64,000 nucleotides of DNA from Balanoglossus misakiensis (GCA_040954595.2 CM082577.2:16499903-16563902), one strand, 5' to 3'. Numbered from the stretch's first letter, positions 1 through 12,832 are shown. The notes: a model not told the origin generated them from the sequence alone. A program made the numbers and translations.

Positions 1-608
1 GGTTAAGGTTGCCGACCGAAATTCCGTCCGGGCACTTTCGAAATTAGTTTTTTTTCCTTCGTGTCGGGCCTCCCTTCCTGCCTAAGTCGCCTTCCCGTCC
101 CATTTTACAACCTAAACTGTTGAAAATAAATCTCATTATTTAGCGAGATCTTCAGTGTTTTCACCAGTCTATCACATGCTTCTTCCCTGCTGTAAGCCGC
201 TGTCGTCTTCGACATTGAATGACATAATACTCTTGGTGAATACATGTACTAGGACACTTGTGGTAAACCCTGATGCGTGACATTGGCTACCTTCTGTATT
301 CCTTTACATCAAATCACATTTTTTGGGGGGGGGGGGGGGAACGTCATAATCTCAGGTTGTCAATTGGCAATCCTTGTTGTAGTCTATCGGATTGCCCACA
401 TGACACGCAGATTTGGATTATACTGATCAGGTTGTTTTTATTTCAGCGGGAATGAGGACAACCATTGGTGTAAGCAGAAGTGGAGATTTTGACTAATTGA
501 AGGTCGCACTGCAGTCATCTTGTGTGAATGAAGAATCCGAACAGCGTATGCATACTGAGTCTAAAAATAGCCTGGCTTAGATAGACAGTCTTTAGGGAAC
601 CTGCGAGG

Positions 609-2576
609 ATGGGAAAAGTGGAATGGATGATGTATCAGACACACAGATATAACGCGTGCTGGCTAAGTATGGCTACATTTTCATGCCTGTTGGTTACAGC
701 CATATTATTACTGCAGAGGTCTGTCTCTGTAGGTAGGTCAAACCACACTTTTCGGCATAATAGGCCACTTTCATGAAACACACACACAAGCGCGTACGTA
801 TGTACATACATACATTGTAGGTCGAATTTAGCGTCTTTAATTGGACAAAAACTTTGTAAATATTGCTAAAATACCACTTATAAACAAGTAAAGGAACATC
901 TATACACCAATCTCAGTTGAATTGTAATTTATGTTTTTTTTCTATTCTGTAGAAATAGCTCTCAGGCACAGAAAGACTGACCGTGAGGTGAGTAAACCTG
1001 TATGTCATGGAATGGAGGGGTTCCCTCAAATGGTATGACAATCAATTGTACATGACTCCATGTTGGATCGATTGAAATTACAGGGTTATTAATTGACTAT
1101 TTTTTTATAATTTTAAAATTCCATATTGGGCTCTGCAGCTCTACTAGAAAATGACTCAAAATATTTTCCTCTCAACACAGGGATTTATTCAGGGAACGTT
1201 TAGTAAGAATTGTATGATATAACCTAAATAAGTTTGTTGTCTGTCAACTTTTCTGACTTTGTCTTACCGATACGGTTCTAACTGGAACATTGAGGTTTTT
1301 CTGCTAGTATACAATGGCACGGTATAATTATCTGCATGATACAGTGAGCCCTCTTTTGGTGAACTCTTCCTACCGCCTGACCTCCATGCCTTACTAGTAA
1401 AGCATGTTGGCGGTCAGCTGGAGGGGTCAGGCGGTAGGAAGAGTTCACCAAAAGAGGCTCACTGTATCATGCATATAGTTATACCGTGCCATTGTATACT
1501 AGCAGAAAAACCTCAATGTTCCAGTTAGAACCGTATCGGTAAGACAAAGACGGAAGAGTTGACAGACTACAAATTTATTCAGTTTATATCATATAAATCT
1601 TACTATACGTTCCCTGAATAAATCCCTGTGCTCTCTACACATTCAAAAGATGTGCCCATGTTATTAATGCTGTATCTCGATTTTCTTTCAGGCTGCCAGA
1701 CAAATTGTCAATTACTCCAAGTACCCAGTGGAGGAAAGGCAAAGGTTGCTGCGCGAACACGTACACTCCAGCTGTCGGTCGAAAGATGCGAGCAGCAAGA
1801 TGCCAGGAGATGTGAATTCACTGCACTTCCTCCCCAACAATGCGATCATCAACAAAAAACACAGGCTGATGTTTTGTGGAATTCCAAAAGCTGGTGTGTC
1901 TAGTTGGAAGAGGGTGTTCCTTCAGTTGCAAGGAACGTACAGCGGAATTTTCAACAGCACTTCAGAGATACACCACTATTTCGTCCACCACAATCAGAAC
2001 TGGAAGTACGACTTTCTTCGCATGACTTCCTACGACAACAGAAAGGAGATTATGGAAACGTATCTGAAGTTCACAGTCGCTCGTAATCCTTTCGAACGCC
2101 TGCTGTCTGCGTACCGCCAGAAATTTGAAACGAAAAATGCATTCAATTTAGGCTTTCACCGAAAATTTGGACCCAACATCTTGTCACTTCGCCAGGAGTT
2201 CAGAACCAATGCAAATACAATAACATTTCCTGATTTTGTAAACTACATATTATATCAGCACAGATCGCACAAGCCTCTAAATATCCTCTGGGTACCCATG
2301 TACCAACTATGCCGACCATGTCACGTGAACTATGACCTTTTTGTTAAGTATGAGACCATGGAAGAGGATGCCAATCATGTTTTGCAAGTCGCCAACGTAA
2401 CCGACATTGTGGAATTTCCGAAGGGGGACACGCTCACCACAAACAGCTCAGAGAGTACAACTCTTGAATACTACTATTCTCAACTGAGCAGAGATGACCT
2501 CGATGCCATATACGAAATGTACAAGCAAGACTTCCTCATCTATGGATATGGGTATCCCAAGGAGTTACTTGACTGA
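609..2576 (+). CDS. Carbohydrate sulfotransferase (CHST8-14/CHST11-like, Sulfotransfer_2 family), type II Golgi membrane protein; join(609..732,953..987,1692..2576), about 347 aa
   Basis: Exon 1 is MGKVEWMMYQTHRYNACWLSMATFSCLLVTAILLLQRSVSV (signal anchor) ending G|gtaggt. A 35-nt exon (tgtag|AAATAG...GAG|gtgagt) is phase 1 to 0. The last exon follows ttttctttcag and has the 5'-PSB motif IPKAGVSSWKR, the 3'-PB motif RNPFERLLSAY, LCRPCHVNYD and YKQDFLIYGY. All splice phases join in frame. Confidence 0.9.
1176..1630. mobile_element. Foldback/MITE-like element with about 210-bp inverted arms in intron 2 of the sulfotransferase
   Basis: Termini cacagggatttattcagggaacg ... cgttccctgaataaatccctgtg. 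Arms pair along most of their length around a spacer of about 30 nt. No clean TSD (ctctcaa left, ctctcta right). Confidence 0.8.
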
Positions 2577-2689
2577 TTTCAGGGATTATGTCAGCCATTT
2601 ACACTTTCCCAAATCAAATAGTTCTGAGAAGACAATAGACGAGGACCAGTGCGGGTTATTTTGTAAAGAGTTGCACTAACATGTCCATA

Positions 2690-2790
2690 TTTACGATACT
2701 TTGACCTTTTCACCCCCAGTGCCCTCTTTAGAGGTCTCACCTTACCATAGAGAACAATGGGGTTGGACTGAACCAAGATGGTGAAAGAAT
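2690..2790. repeat. Dispersed repeat fragment; an inverted copy lies at about 30135-30225
   Basis: cacccccagtgccctctttagaggtc...acaatggggttggactgaacc matches the reverse complement of ggtccagtccaatcccattg...gacctctaaagagggaactgggggtg. Confidence 0.6.
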
Positions 2791-2952
2791 TAAATCACTC
2801 GAACATTCGTTAGATAAATGGAGAAGTGTCAACTGAGGCAGTCACAGGGAATGTATTTATTGAAAGCTAAATGCCAAGTACAGGCCATATTGAAGCATGT
2901 AACACACGAATTTAACGTGGTGAGTTTCACATCGCCCATTGACAAAATATAA

Positions 2953-4116
2953 GGGACCGTTCAGTTTTTACGGCTGGGGCGGCAAAATCCAAGGGGGGGG
3001 GGGGTCACTTTAATTTTGAAGTCCAAAAGAGGGGGGTCATCTGTTTTTTTTAAACGTTTAGGGGGGGGGGTCACATACTTTTGCCACCGAACGTTTGCTT
3101 TTGAGTCGACAAAATTGCAGTTTCGCGCCCTTTATTTTACGAAATTTTCTAATGTGGGAGGCGGACACCACCTCCCACACCCACCCCTTCATTCTCCAAC
3201 ACATTTCATTTTTTCCTGGTTTGTCTAGTGTACCAGGGCAGAGATCTTGCCCCCCACCCCACCGATGATAATATTTAAAAAGTAAATACACAAATGATGA
3301 TAATCGTTTAAACCATTTCGCATAACTGAAAGTTTCGCGCTGCATCTTATATATACTAGAAATTTTATAAATGATGCCATGACGAAGATGACGCCAAATC
3401 TAACTTTGAGAGGAGTGGCAAAAAGTAAAATTGGTCCTCCCAAACATTGAGATAATTTGCTTTTGAGTTCATTAAAATGCAACTTTGAGCTACATATTTT
3501 ACACAATTTTCTTATGCGCGAGGGGGACACCCCCTCCCACCCCCTCCATTCTTCGCCACATATCATTTATTCGCTGGTTTGTCTAGTGTACAAGGGCAGA
3601 CTTCTTCCCACCCCACCCTGATGCTTCCTTTGAGTGGAGTGGCAAAATTATTTTTTTCCTCCCTAACATTGAGTTAATTTTCTTTTGAGTTCATTAAAAT
3701 GCAACTTTGAGCACCGTATTTTACAAAATTGTCTTATGTGGGAGGGGGATACCCCCTCCCACGCCCACCCCGCCACTTTTCTTATTTTACCAATTCTAGC
3801 AACTATTGTATTGACTTGTTATTTTAATTTGTTCATAGATTTCTTTATTGCAACGATATACTATTATATACTTCACTTGCTTTAAGAAATTTATAATTGA
3901 GGTGTGAGGAGCCTCATTCCTATGATTGCATACAGTGTACATAGGATCAGGACGGCGAATGTTTTCGGCGTTGGGGGGGGGGGGGTCATCATATTTTTGG
4001 GTCTGTCAAAAGGGGGGGGTCATCATTTTTTGGTGCTGGGTGAATAGGGGTGTCGGCCAGATTTTGAAAACCGATGACTCCGCCCCCCCCCCCTGCCGTA
4101 AAAACTGAACGGTCCC
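2953..4116. mobile_element. PIF/Harbinger-type MITE
   Basis: TIR gggaccgttcagtttttacggc / gccgtaaaaactgaacggtccc. TAA flanks both sides (2950-2952, 4117-4119). G/C-run subterminal regions and an internal module present three times. Confidence 0.8.
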
Positions 4117-6423
4117 TAAATGCCATTACTATAAAAAGATAAATTTAGGTAATGTCGAAATCTTCAAAACAATGAGCATACAGAAGTTATCAATAACATA
4201 GCCCCGTTCTCGCTATGAACGTTTACTACAAAATAAAGGTTTCCTGGAATGTTACAGGGCACTTCAAAGTCTAAAATAAAATTTCGTGAAATATTAAATT
4301 GATGATCCTGACACGGAATTGCATCACAAAATTATTTATGTCTTTCTTCTCAATGTGAATTAAGGATTACATATGTATCAGCAAATACTTAAACATGTAC
4401 GGTAATGCAGAGAATTATGGTAGATTTCCACACAAACCGCAACAAAATAATATCATACATTCATCCAGTCCTTTACAATGATTTGCAGACAAACTCACCA
4501 GGGATTAGAGGCCCTGAAACGCAATAAATACTATGCCAATATGCTATGGTAAAGCAAGTGGGGGTTAGATAAAAGCTGCTTTCGGATTACAGTCCTTTAA
4601 AATAGCGAACAATGTCGCTAATAGGAATGTTCTTCATAGACAGGATTAGAAACAATAGAAATTATATGAAATGATCATTCTCATGTGACACAAGACAAAA
4701 AACACATGGCCCATCAGGTTAAATGGAACAAAAGTCACATGGTTGTTAAACATTTCTCCTATTCAACTTTCATACAAGGCTTGACTTGTATTATTCCTTA
4801 GCAACCGTTGCTACGGTAATCAACCAAGTCTCGCGAGATCTCGCAGTGAGCTACAAGTCACCTTTTAGTGTGTAGTGTCTCTTTCACAAACATAACCACG
4901 TCTGTAAGAACACAGAATATCATCCCATTTGCCATCATTATCGTAGCGTAAGATAGTGCAATCCTGATTGGTTCCATTAGTGTTTGGTTTACCATCTTTC
5001 CAGTTACTGTAGTTTAACTATTGGAACATTGAAACAAATAGGATACTATACGTCGGGGGATTGAACTTGGTATGCGCACTAAAAATAATGTTTGAAGTCG
5101 AAAACCATTGCGTTGATAAAAAAACACAATCGGCTAAAATTGTTTCGTCGATGACTCGTAATTGGTGAGGTAAGCTAGATACATGTAGGTCTATATGCAG
5201 ATAGCTCTCTGCGCCTCCATGAACTTACCGGTGATCCATCTATTCACACAAAATCTCCTTCTACTGCCTTATCTTCCAACCCGATCCAAATGTGTTTTAC
5301 CCATCGAGTGTATCCTGTACGAAAATAATTAAACACAATCTTGATTTAATCACATTTGCTGTTTGCATCAGCCCATACCTTCATCCAAAGTTTTGCAACA
5401 AAATACACCCTTTTCATAAGTCTAGCGCCCTCATGCAGCCATCATGATTTTCAACTCAAAGCAAGGACAATTGGAAAATGCCCTTGATGTGATTGGTCAA
5501 CTTTTCCCATCGACCTCGTATTGTATTTTCACTGAATTTTCGAACATACCTTTTTAATAACAAATCTTCTTCGGCGTCATTAACAGTTGCCGAAGTACTA
5601 TTGAATAGTTCACACATGGTCATGGCATCATCAAACGTGTACATATTATACAGGTATGCAAAATAACACCGGGTCCGAAAATGTGTCCATCCCGGTAGAC
5701 AATCTGTACAGAGGTAAGATAGACAAAGTATTATCCAGATGGCATGCTCTATCTAGTGGGTATCCTGCATGGTAGTGGACTGGTTAAATGGTACATGCAG
5801 AAGGTGTCAACACATATTTTAATCATATTGTCATACAAGAGGCAGATAACTGTACATGAACAAGCACACACGTGTTTGTTATACGATAAGGGGGCAACCT
5901 GGCGTAGTATATTCTGGGTTCGAGAAATATTGAAGATGATTGTCGCAGGTGCAACAGAATTATACAAAGGTACCGTTGGAATTATGTGCACATAGGTCGA
6001 CTCACGCCAAGCCACGCACAATTTATTCCAAGTACACAAATGAGAATTAAATACGTACCTGACTGTGTTGGCATGTCATGTATCTGTGTTGACAACTCTG
6101 GGATTGTTTTTGTCAGACGCTGAACATCGGCGCTTTGATTATCCTGAAAGTACCGCCCTGACAGCAGTAACAATTCACAACAATCAACTCAAACTGTCAA
6201 ATTACATATTCCCAGACATGTACCTCTCACTCGAGAAGTTCATTTAATTTTTGAAGTTATCCCATCACCTACAAATGTTTCAACCCATGCAGTGTTTTGC
6301 TGTATGCTGTACGTGGACACAAGTCCCAATGAACGACAATTTTCGTCAAGGTCTGTATCGACGCAGTTGTTGGGTTAGGTCTATGAATGCTGTTTTGGGG
6401 AACGTCGTTTGTATAGTTGTCTG

Positions 6424-6857
6424 TAGCCCGGAGACACAGGCGTCGATCTAGAATACAACGCCCGGGGACAGTCGACAAATTTCCTGCTGAGCTGAAAGAT
6501 AGTAGCCCTGGCAACGATCAGGGTCGCTTAGTAACGAATGGATAACGAGTGATCTATCAAATGTTGACGGGCGCCAGTGGTTGGATGATATAATTAACAA
6601 AGCCTGGTTATGAATATTCATACACCTTCAAAACCACTCCCACACCCCGTTGCGGGAATTTCACTCATAGCTCCACCTCTATTTCCTTATTTAGAATGCG
6701 ATGATGTCATTTGGTTTACACATTATTACATTGAGTGACCAATTAGCTTACACACAAGATTTACCACCCGTGTCGTTCTGCGCACAGAATTCGGTGCGTA
6801 AATAGAGACTGTCCCCGGGCGTTCCTTTTCCCCTACTACGCCTGTGTCTCCGGGCTA
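6424..6857. mobile_element. Non-autonomous DNA transposon with 9-bp TSD (AcademH- or Mutator-like)
   Basis: Bipartite TIR tagcccggagacacaggcgt..aacgcccggggacagtc / gactgtccccgggcgtt..acgcctgtgtctccgggcta. Perfect TSD agttgtctg at 6415-6423 and 6858-6866. Confidence 0.8.
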
Positions 6858-7098
6858 AGTTGTCTGCTAAAAGGGGTCACAAAAGCTTACAGGTGTATGA
6901 GCTCTGGGCACCGTACTCCTCAAGGGATATGATCACTCAGGTCAGCGCAACACCTTAGGCTTTTGTAACTGTGTATTTGAAAATGATAGTTTTCATTTTT
7001 TTGGCATCAATCGTCCGTTCAGATCTCTGCCTCAACAGACTGATTTTAATGGTGGGTGGTGTTTCTAAATAAGAAAGCATTGTGTCTAGTAAGAGGTG

Positions 7099-7300
7099 GA
7101 CCATTTGATTTATGGGGGTGGGTGAGTGGGTTGAGGATTTGGGTAGTCAGCATTTTTTCAGCCACTGCACTATTACACCATTATTTTTTCTATTGCCAGT
7201 CCACCTTTTTTTACATCAGGCATTGCAGAAGAAACTTTCATTTATCTCCGCACCATCTGCCATCACCCCAATCCTCCATCCGCCCCAGAAATCAAATGGT
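7099..7300. mobile_element. Small degenerate MITE
   Basis: Inverted repeat gaccatttgatttatgggg / ccccagaaatcaaatggtc; outer termini eroded. Confidence 0.45.
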
Positions 7301-7922
7301 CGACGAGCAAATGTAGAAGACTGAGCAGATGTTGGGGGTAGATATCTGGGATTCGACCATCGAGAATCGAACGAAAAACCGGCTCTATTTGTGAGAGGCC
7401 CGTTCGGGCCCTCCTTCACGCTATATAATATGTTCTTCCCTTTCCAATAAGAGGACCATTCTTTAACAAGAAATCATGCTTTTCTCAAGAATGGACATGA
7501 TGGAATTACTTTTCCACGATGTGTCTATACATTTGCAATAACGTTTCTGATATGGGTTCTGTTTCAAAGGCATGAAAGTCTGTACATTATTGCATATGTA
7601 GTACAGTATTCCAAGCGGCCCGTGCAATAATAATTCTGGTATTTTTGCGAGCTCATATGCAAATGAGCAACTAACAAAAAATAAGATCCCCAATTTCCTA
7701 CACAATCGATCTTATCTCTTAAAGTTTATCACCATGTGTTTCATAATCATTTGTAGTTTGTATATACCTCCATAGAATTTGCGAAAGGTTTTATTTTACA
7801 TCCCAAAAAGCTTATTGTTGTTTTAGTTGTGCGCGCGACAATGTGGTATTTTTTACAGGTGATATGCAAATTAGTAAAAACAAAGACGACCTGTGTCGGA
7901 ACTATTTTTTTGTTTGTAAATA

Positions 7923-9474
7923 TTGTCGTCTGCTGCTGTGACGAAACCTTTCTATTCCATGGATGAACAGTATTACGACTGGACAAACTGCATATATGTT
8001 GAAAGTTTAGGGACCGAATTCTATTATCCAGACGAGACAAGTGAAACAAGCCATGATTTATCAGCCTCGGCAAGTACGGTGGAGAAAAATATGAATATTT
8101 CTAGCCCAGGGTCGTCCCTGCCGACAACATCCAGCGCGAGCGCAAGACCGAGATTCGTCGATTTTACATCGGAGGACGTAAATACTTTCGTAGGAGACCA
8201 CAAAAACAAAAACACCGTGTTGAAAACGAAAAGAGAAGTTGCGGTATTTGAAGAATGGAAGGCGACCATGACAACAGAAAGTCGGGGTTTGATGGAAATA
8301 CCGCCTTCTGACCTCGATCCCCTTCTTGCACGGTTTTTTATCGGCGTTCGGAAAAAGAACGGGGAAGAGTATGAGCCGGACTCGATTTCCAGCTACCAAA
8401 AATCTATCGACAGGTGGCTGCGTGATAACAACTACGGCAAGAGCATAATTCGGGACGAAGAGTTCGCATCAAGTCGTCGTGCCTTAGCAGCAAAACGTAA
8501 ACAACTGAAAGGCGCCGGGAAGGGCAACTTGCCAAACAAGGCAGAGCCGGTGTCCGCGGAACAGGAGACGGCGCTACTGAAAGCGGGTCAGCTCGGTGTT
8601 CATTCGGCGGTCGCGTTGTTGAATACTATCTGGCTCAACAACACTAAGCTTTTCGGTCTTCGCGGCAACGATGAACATCATCAAATGGAATGGGGAGACG
8701 TGACTTTGCAGGAAGATTATCGTGTATAATGAAAGACTCACAAAAACCCGGCGAGGTGAACCAGGCAATACGCGAAGTTTCGCTCCGAAAGCCTATGCCA
8801 CCCCTTCCTCTCCTGAAACATGTCCTGTCAGCGTGTACAAGAACTTTGCTTCGCGACGACCCCAGAAAATGAATACCACTTCCGCACCTTTCTATCTTGG
8901 AATCGAGTACGTTCCCTGCACTGTTAACAACGGCATATGGTTTAGAAATCAACGAATGGGCATAAATAAACTCCGATCCCTGATGAAAACGATGTCGAAA
9001 GCAGCGGGACTGACCGGAAAGTTAAGTAACCACAGCGCTAGAAAGGCCTGTGTTCAACGCCTCCTCGACGCTGGAGTCCCACCAAATACAACAGCACAAC
9101 TGAGTGGTCATAAGAATGTATCAAGCCTAAATAGATACGCAGTGCCCAATCAATTCCAACAGCGACAGATGAGCGAGATCCTGACCGGCGCAAAGAAAAG
9201 TTTCGATCCGCGACCGTCTTCAAGTGCCACCGATGTTGACAAAACCACCGCCGACAAGACGTCAACCGATACCAATAATATTGTATCGAGTCAATCTAAT
9301 GTTTCCGTCCTTACAAACAACGTGAGTGCTTTAAATAACACCCCTCAAGTGCACGGTATGTTTGCCAATGCTCAGATTTTTGGCGGAACTTTCAATTTTA
9401 GCTTTAATGTCAACAAGTCACCCATCCCTAAACGTCGACGTATTATTTTCCCTGACTCCGATGACTCAGATTGA
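7923..9474 (+). mobile_element. Crypton-type tyrosine recombinase (DUF3504 / ZMYM-QRICH1-KCTD1-related, CryptonA/V-like) with one frameshift near 8720
   Basis: Two overlapping ORFs join into one protein: NKNT..KT..F..W, L..FF..VRKKNGEEYEPDS, GKGN.PN, FGLRG.DEH, ER.TKTR, CPV..YK, WF..Q.MG.N.L, SNHSARK, SGHKN..SL..Y. The R-K-H-R-H-Y catalytic set is all present. Confidence 0.88.
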
Positions 9475-9811
9475 ACGCAGCTGTAGTTTCGCTCATTTCG
9501 GCGAAATGTAATGCCCATTTGATAAGTTTGGAATGTTCGTTTATTACTTGTTGTTATTTATTGTTCAGTTTAGCTTCGCATTAAATTGTTTATCGAACTT
9601 TATTTACATGTATTCGTGTTGTGTTTGACTCGACGATGAATGAAAGTGTGTGACCCTGTTATAAATTTGCATATCAATAGCGCTGATGGATTTTAACCAA
9701 TGAAACGTGACCAAGTAACTTGGGGCAGATCACAAGTGTTTTGCCTATAGTATCAATCCGCTGCTATTAACCAGGCCGAGAATTTCGCTAAATTGTGGAA
9801 CATATGCAATA

Positions 9812-10003
9812 ATAACAGAACGGCACGCCCCCTCGCGGCACTTTGAGGGATACGTATGTTATTTTCACTCGTGAGCCGGTGTATCCTGCTGTATTTTCAC
9901 TCGCTACGCTCGCGAAAATACGGCCGCAGGATACACCGGCTCACTCATGAAAATAACATACGTATCCCTCAAAGTGCCGCGAGGGGGCGTGCCGTTCTGT
10001 CAT
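9812..10003. repeat. Near-perfect palindrome of about 190 bp (terminal hairpin) downstream of the Crypton ORF
   Basis: acagaacggcacgccccctcgcggcactttgagggatacgtatgttattttca pairs with tgaaaataacatacgtatccctcaaagtgccgcgagggggcgtgccgttctgt. The centre is ctcgctacgctcg. Confidence 0.85.
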
Positions 10004-11823
10004 ATTTTTCGTAGGTTCATGTTTAAATACCCTTACTTTCGTTTGGAAATTGTAAGCGATCAGTATTGAGGCTATGGTACTCAGCCTATTTTATTTTAAA
10101 TGATACTACATGTAGCTCTTACCTGCCATATGTCTGTGTTGACAACTCCGTTACTAGGTCAGAAAGTCTATGCATTTCAGCTGTATGTTCATGCGTTTTC
10201 GTATCATTAATACCAGTGAAAAGAAGCACGTACACTTTTGACCGTGAGCTTATTATTCTAATTCTTAATACGCCTTTTAGAAAGAATCATACACTAGGTG
10301 TGAGTCTATCTAAAACACACTGGGTGCGGATACCAGGCAATACACTGAGATTGCAATGTACTGAGATTGTCCTTCGGACACAGGGATCTGTGGCTAATGT
10401 TTTCAATGGTTTGAGAAGCACCTACGCATTTCCCTCGAAGCGCCACCAACGGGAAAGGACACTGCGTTAAGTTTGACCGAGCCCCTTTCATTAAATCTCA
10501 AGCACCATAGACATTATGAGGCGGATGTTGAATTGTTCAATAGGGGATAAAGGTGGCCGACCTTCCCAGTGGCCTTTCAGAAAACTTGCGCTGTGCTGAC
10601 TACAACAGCATACAGACGGTAAGTACTGCCTAAAAATAATTGTCTTCCAATTAAAGAGACAAAGTCGCTCTTTTTAAACCCTTTCTTCGATGTCAAGAAT
10701 TCATTTAATACTGCAAGTCAATTAGTCACCCTAATTATAACCACTAGATGTTTTTGAAGAGGCCATATTGTACATACTTTCTCTTTGCGCCAAAATGAAA
10801 TGTTTGATTCGGCTCCCGCGTGATTTGAACAAGCCGCAATGTTCAACTCTGGGACGTGACGATCTACTAATGTTACAGTTACAGTAATCGTATGTTCAAT
10901 GCATGGGTTAAATTGTACCAACAACAAGAACGTTTCCTTCAATAAAGTAAACGACATTTGCCTACCTTTCTGTGTGACCAGAGTGGTGCACACGTCGAAA
11001 ATGAGGACAGCGACTATGGCTGTTGATAACACAGCGCCTACACCGACGATAGTTTTGTGCAATCGCGCATGCGGCACACCTCTCGGCGGTTTTTCGGCAA
11101 CTCGTGGTTTATGCGCACGTGCTAACTTCGGATGCACCTGCATGTTCTTGGTCGACTGCATCTTTACTGCGCAGACACGTGGAGGTACTTTATTTATTTA
11201 GGTAACAACACGTGATTTTTAAAATGGCTGCTTTTGTTGAACAATTAATTCTCTTCTGGTGTTCCTTACTCGCACTAAGTGATACTCAGCCCCAAATGGT
11301 ACAACTTCTATATACTGGCGTGTGAAACATCGCCCAAAGCTGTGAGAGAATTAACAAACCTCGGGTAATCTGACATACATAAAACTAGGATAGTATTGAG
11401 CCTAGACAACTGAGATTATGCCTCACGGGGCATTCCGCAGTGCTTTAGAGTCATTGGCCATTCGGCATGGTTAGTTTAGCCTCACCCAACAATTGTCCAC
11501 GTGATATGAATATAATCGTGTTTTGAGAAAGATTCTGTCCACGAAATGGAGTAGGCCGAAAAAAACAACAGAAATATAGCTGTGTAGGTCAATGAAGTAC
11601 TCAACCTGAAAATTGAAGTATTAATTAAACCATCTCTTATAGTTTGCTCAGGGCAACTTTAGATTTTTCTCTTGAGAACAAAATGGCTCGAGGATCACGG
11701 TGCAATTTGTCACCATAGCCACAATGTTATTACCGACTATTGAATTTCAGTTCAGACAACATGAGTAGTTGCTGCACCAAGAATACTGAAATATTTTCAA
11801 AGATACAGTAACTGTTCTTTTAA

Positions 11824-12553
11824 GGTGGCATTGCATGAAAAGTTGTGATTTTTTCCAAATTTTACTTTTTTACATAAATCGGTAGGTTTAATACTGATCC
11901 ACATTCTGACAAATGCGTCTTGGCGGAAATGGTGCATAATCACCCAAAAATAGCACTTTTATGAATGAGTCCACAGCTTAAGAAGTAGGTGTCAACAATG
12001 CAAATGGCCGTTTTTCTCAGTTTGCATTTTCGCTGCTTTTGACAACTTCAGAAGAATTTAGGGTCGCTCTGCGTTGGCCGAATTTGCTCAAATTTTAACA
12101 GGGGATTGTGTATGACCCATCTAGCAAATCGAATATTTTTAGTCTATAATGTGTCTCTGGCGGGAATAAACTTTGATTCAATGCAACTCACCATGAATTT
12201 GATCAAATGTTCTTAAAATCTAATGTTCAAACGCTGTTACTCCTCAATGGAAGCAGATAATGCAAAACAAAATTTTCATTTTTTTGCACTTGTACTCTAG
12301 TTCAGAATGACATATTAAGATGCATGATGCATGGTCAACTTTTTTACCTAATTTCAATTGAATGACATAGTATCAAAAAATGGGGTTTTAACCCCAAATC
12401 GCCACCATTTCCGGGGGTCGATAAAATGTGCAACTCAAACTAAAGTTCAAAAACTCATCTTCCAGAATATTTATGATTTATAGGGGTTTTAACGTTGTCT
12501 TTGATGAGAATTAGGCCTCTGAAAAAGTCCTGATGGTTTCCTGCAATGCCACC
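11824..12553. mobile_element. Kolobok-type non-autonomous element
   Basis: TIR ggtggcattgca(t)gaaa / tttc(c)tgcaatgccacc. TTAA on the left, TAAA on the right, RR terminus. Confidence 0.7.
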
Positions 12554-12832
12554 TAAATTTTAATTGGAGACAACTAAACAAATAAAATGGCAGCTGCGAC
12601 AAAGAACTTTAATGTACAGGGACCCCACAGGCTACAAAAGACATATTTGTTCCAACCCAAATCAGAAAATGAAGAAACATTAAGGGACCTAAATCGATGT
12701 GTTCACCACAGTTATATGAGATTAATTAGAACAAAGGGTTTGTTTGCCTTATATGGCCATTTTACAGTGACAGTATGTGCAATGCATTACTAAATATAGA
12801 CTGCAAAAGCTACATTGATGCTTCAGTATCTG

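Larger units (their letters stand above)
4865..11161 (-). pseudogene. Type II transmembrane C-type lectin (neck + single CTLD), apparently disrupted. Exons 11161-10966, 10863-10778, 10180-10123, 6143-6059, 5703-5550, 5314-5229, 5017-4865
   Basis: Exon 1 has a basic N-terminus plus TM IVGVGAVLSTAIVAVLIFDV. CTLD exons read DCLPGWTHFRTRCYF...FDDAMTMC, IWIGLEDKAVEGDFV*IDGSP and LNYSNWKDGKPN...DC...WDDILC...YVCE. TGA at 5246-5244 replaces a conserved Trp, and the 5550/5314 junction is 1 nt out of phase. Neck-exon linkage is not fully resolved, so the 5' exons are less certain than the CTLD. Confidence 0.75.

Noticed and set aside
8690-8730. Programmed ribosomal frameshift in the Crypton ORF
   Set aside because: No slippery heptamer is visible and it falls inside the catalytic domain; a small deletion or sequencing error is simpler.
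7923-9474. Host gene ZMYM/QRICH1/KCTD1/KIAA1958
   Set aside because: Intronless, lacks MYM zinc fingers or BTB, keeps the YR catalytic residues, and lies antisense in an intron; fits a Crypton transposon.
10037-10085. Extra lectin neck exon that would repair the phase
   Set aside because: It would require a 37-nt intron, implausibly short; left unresolved.
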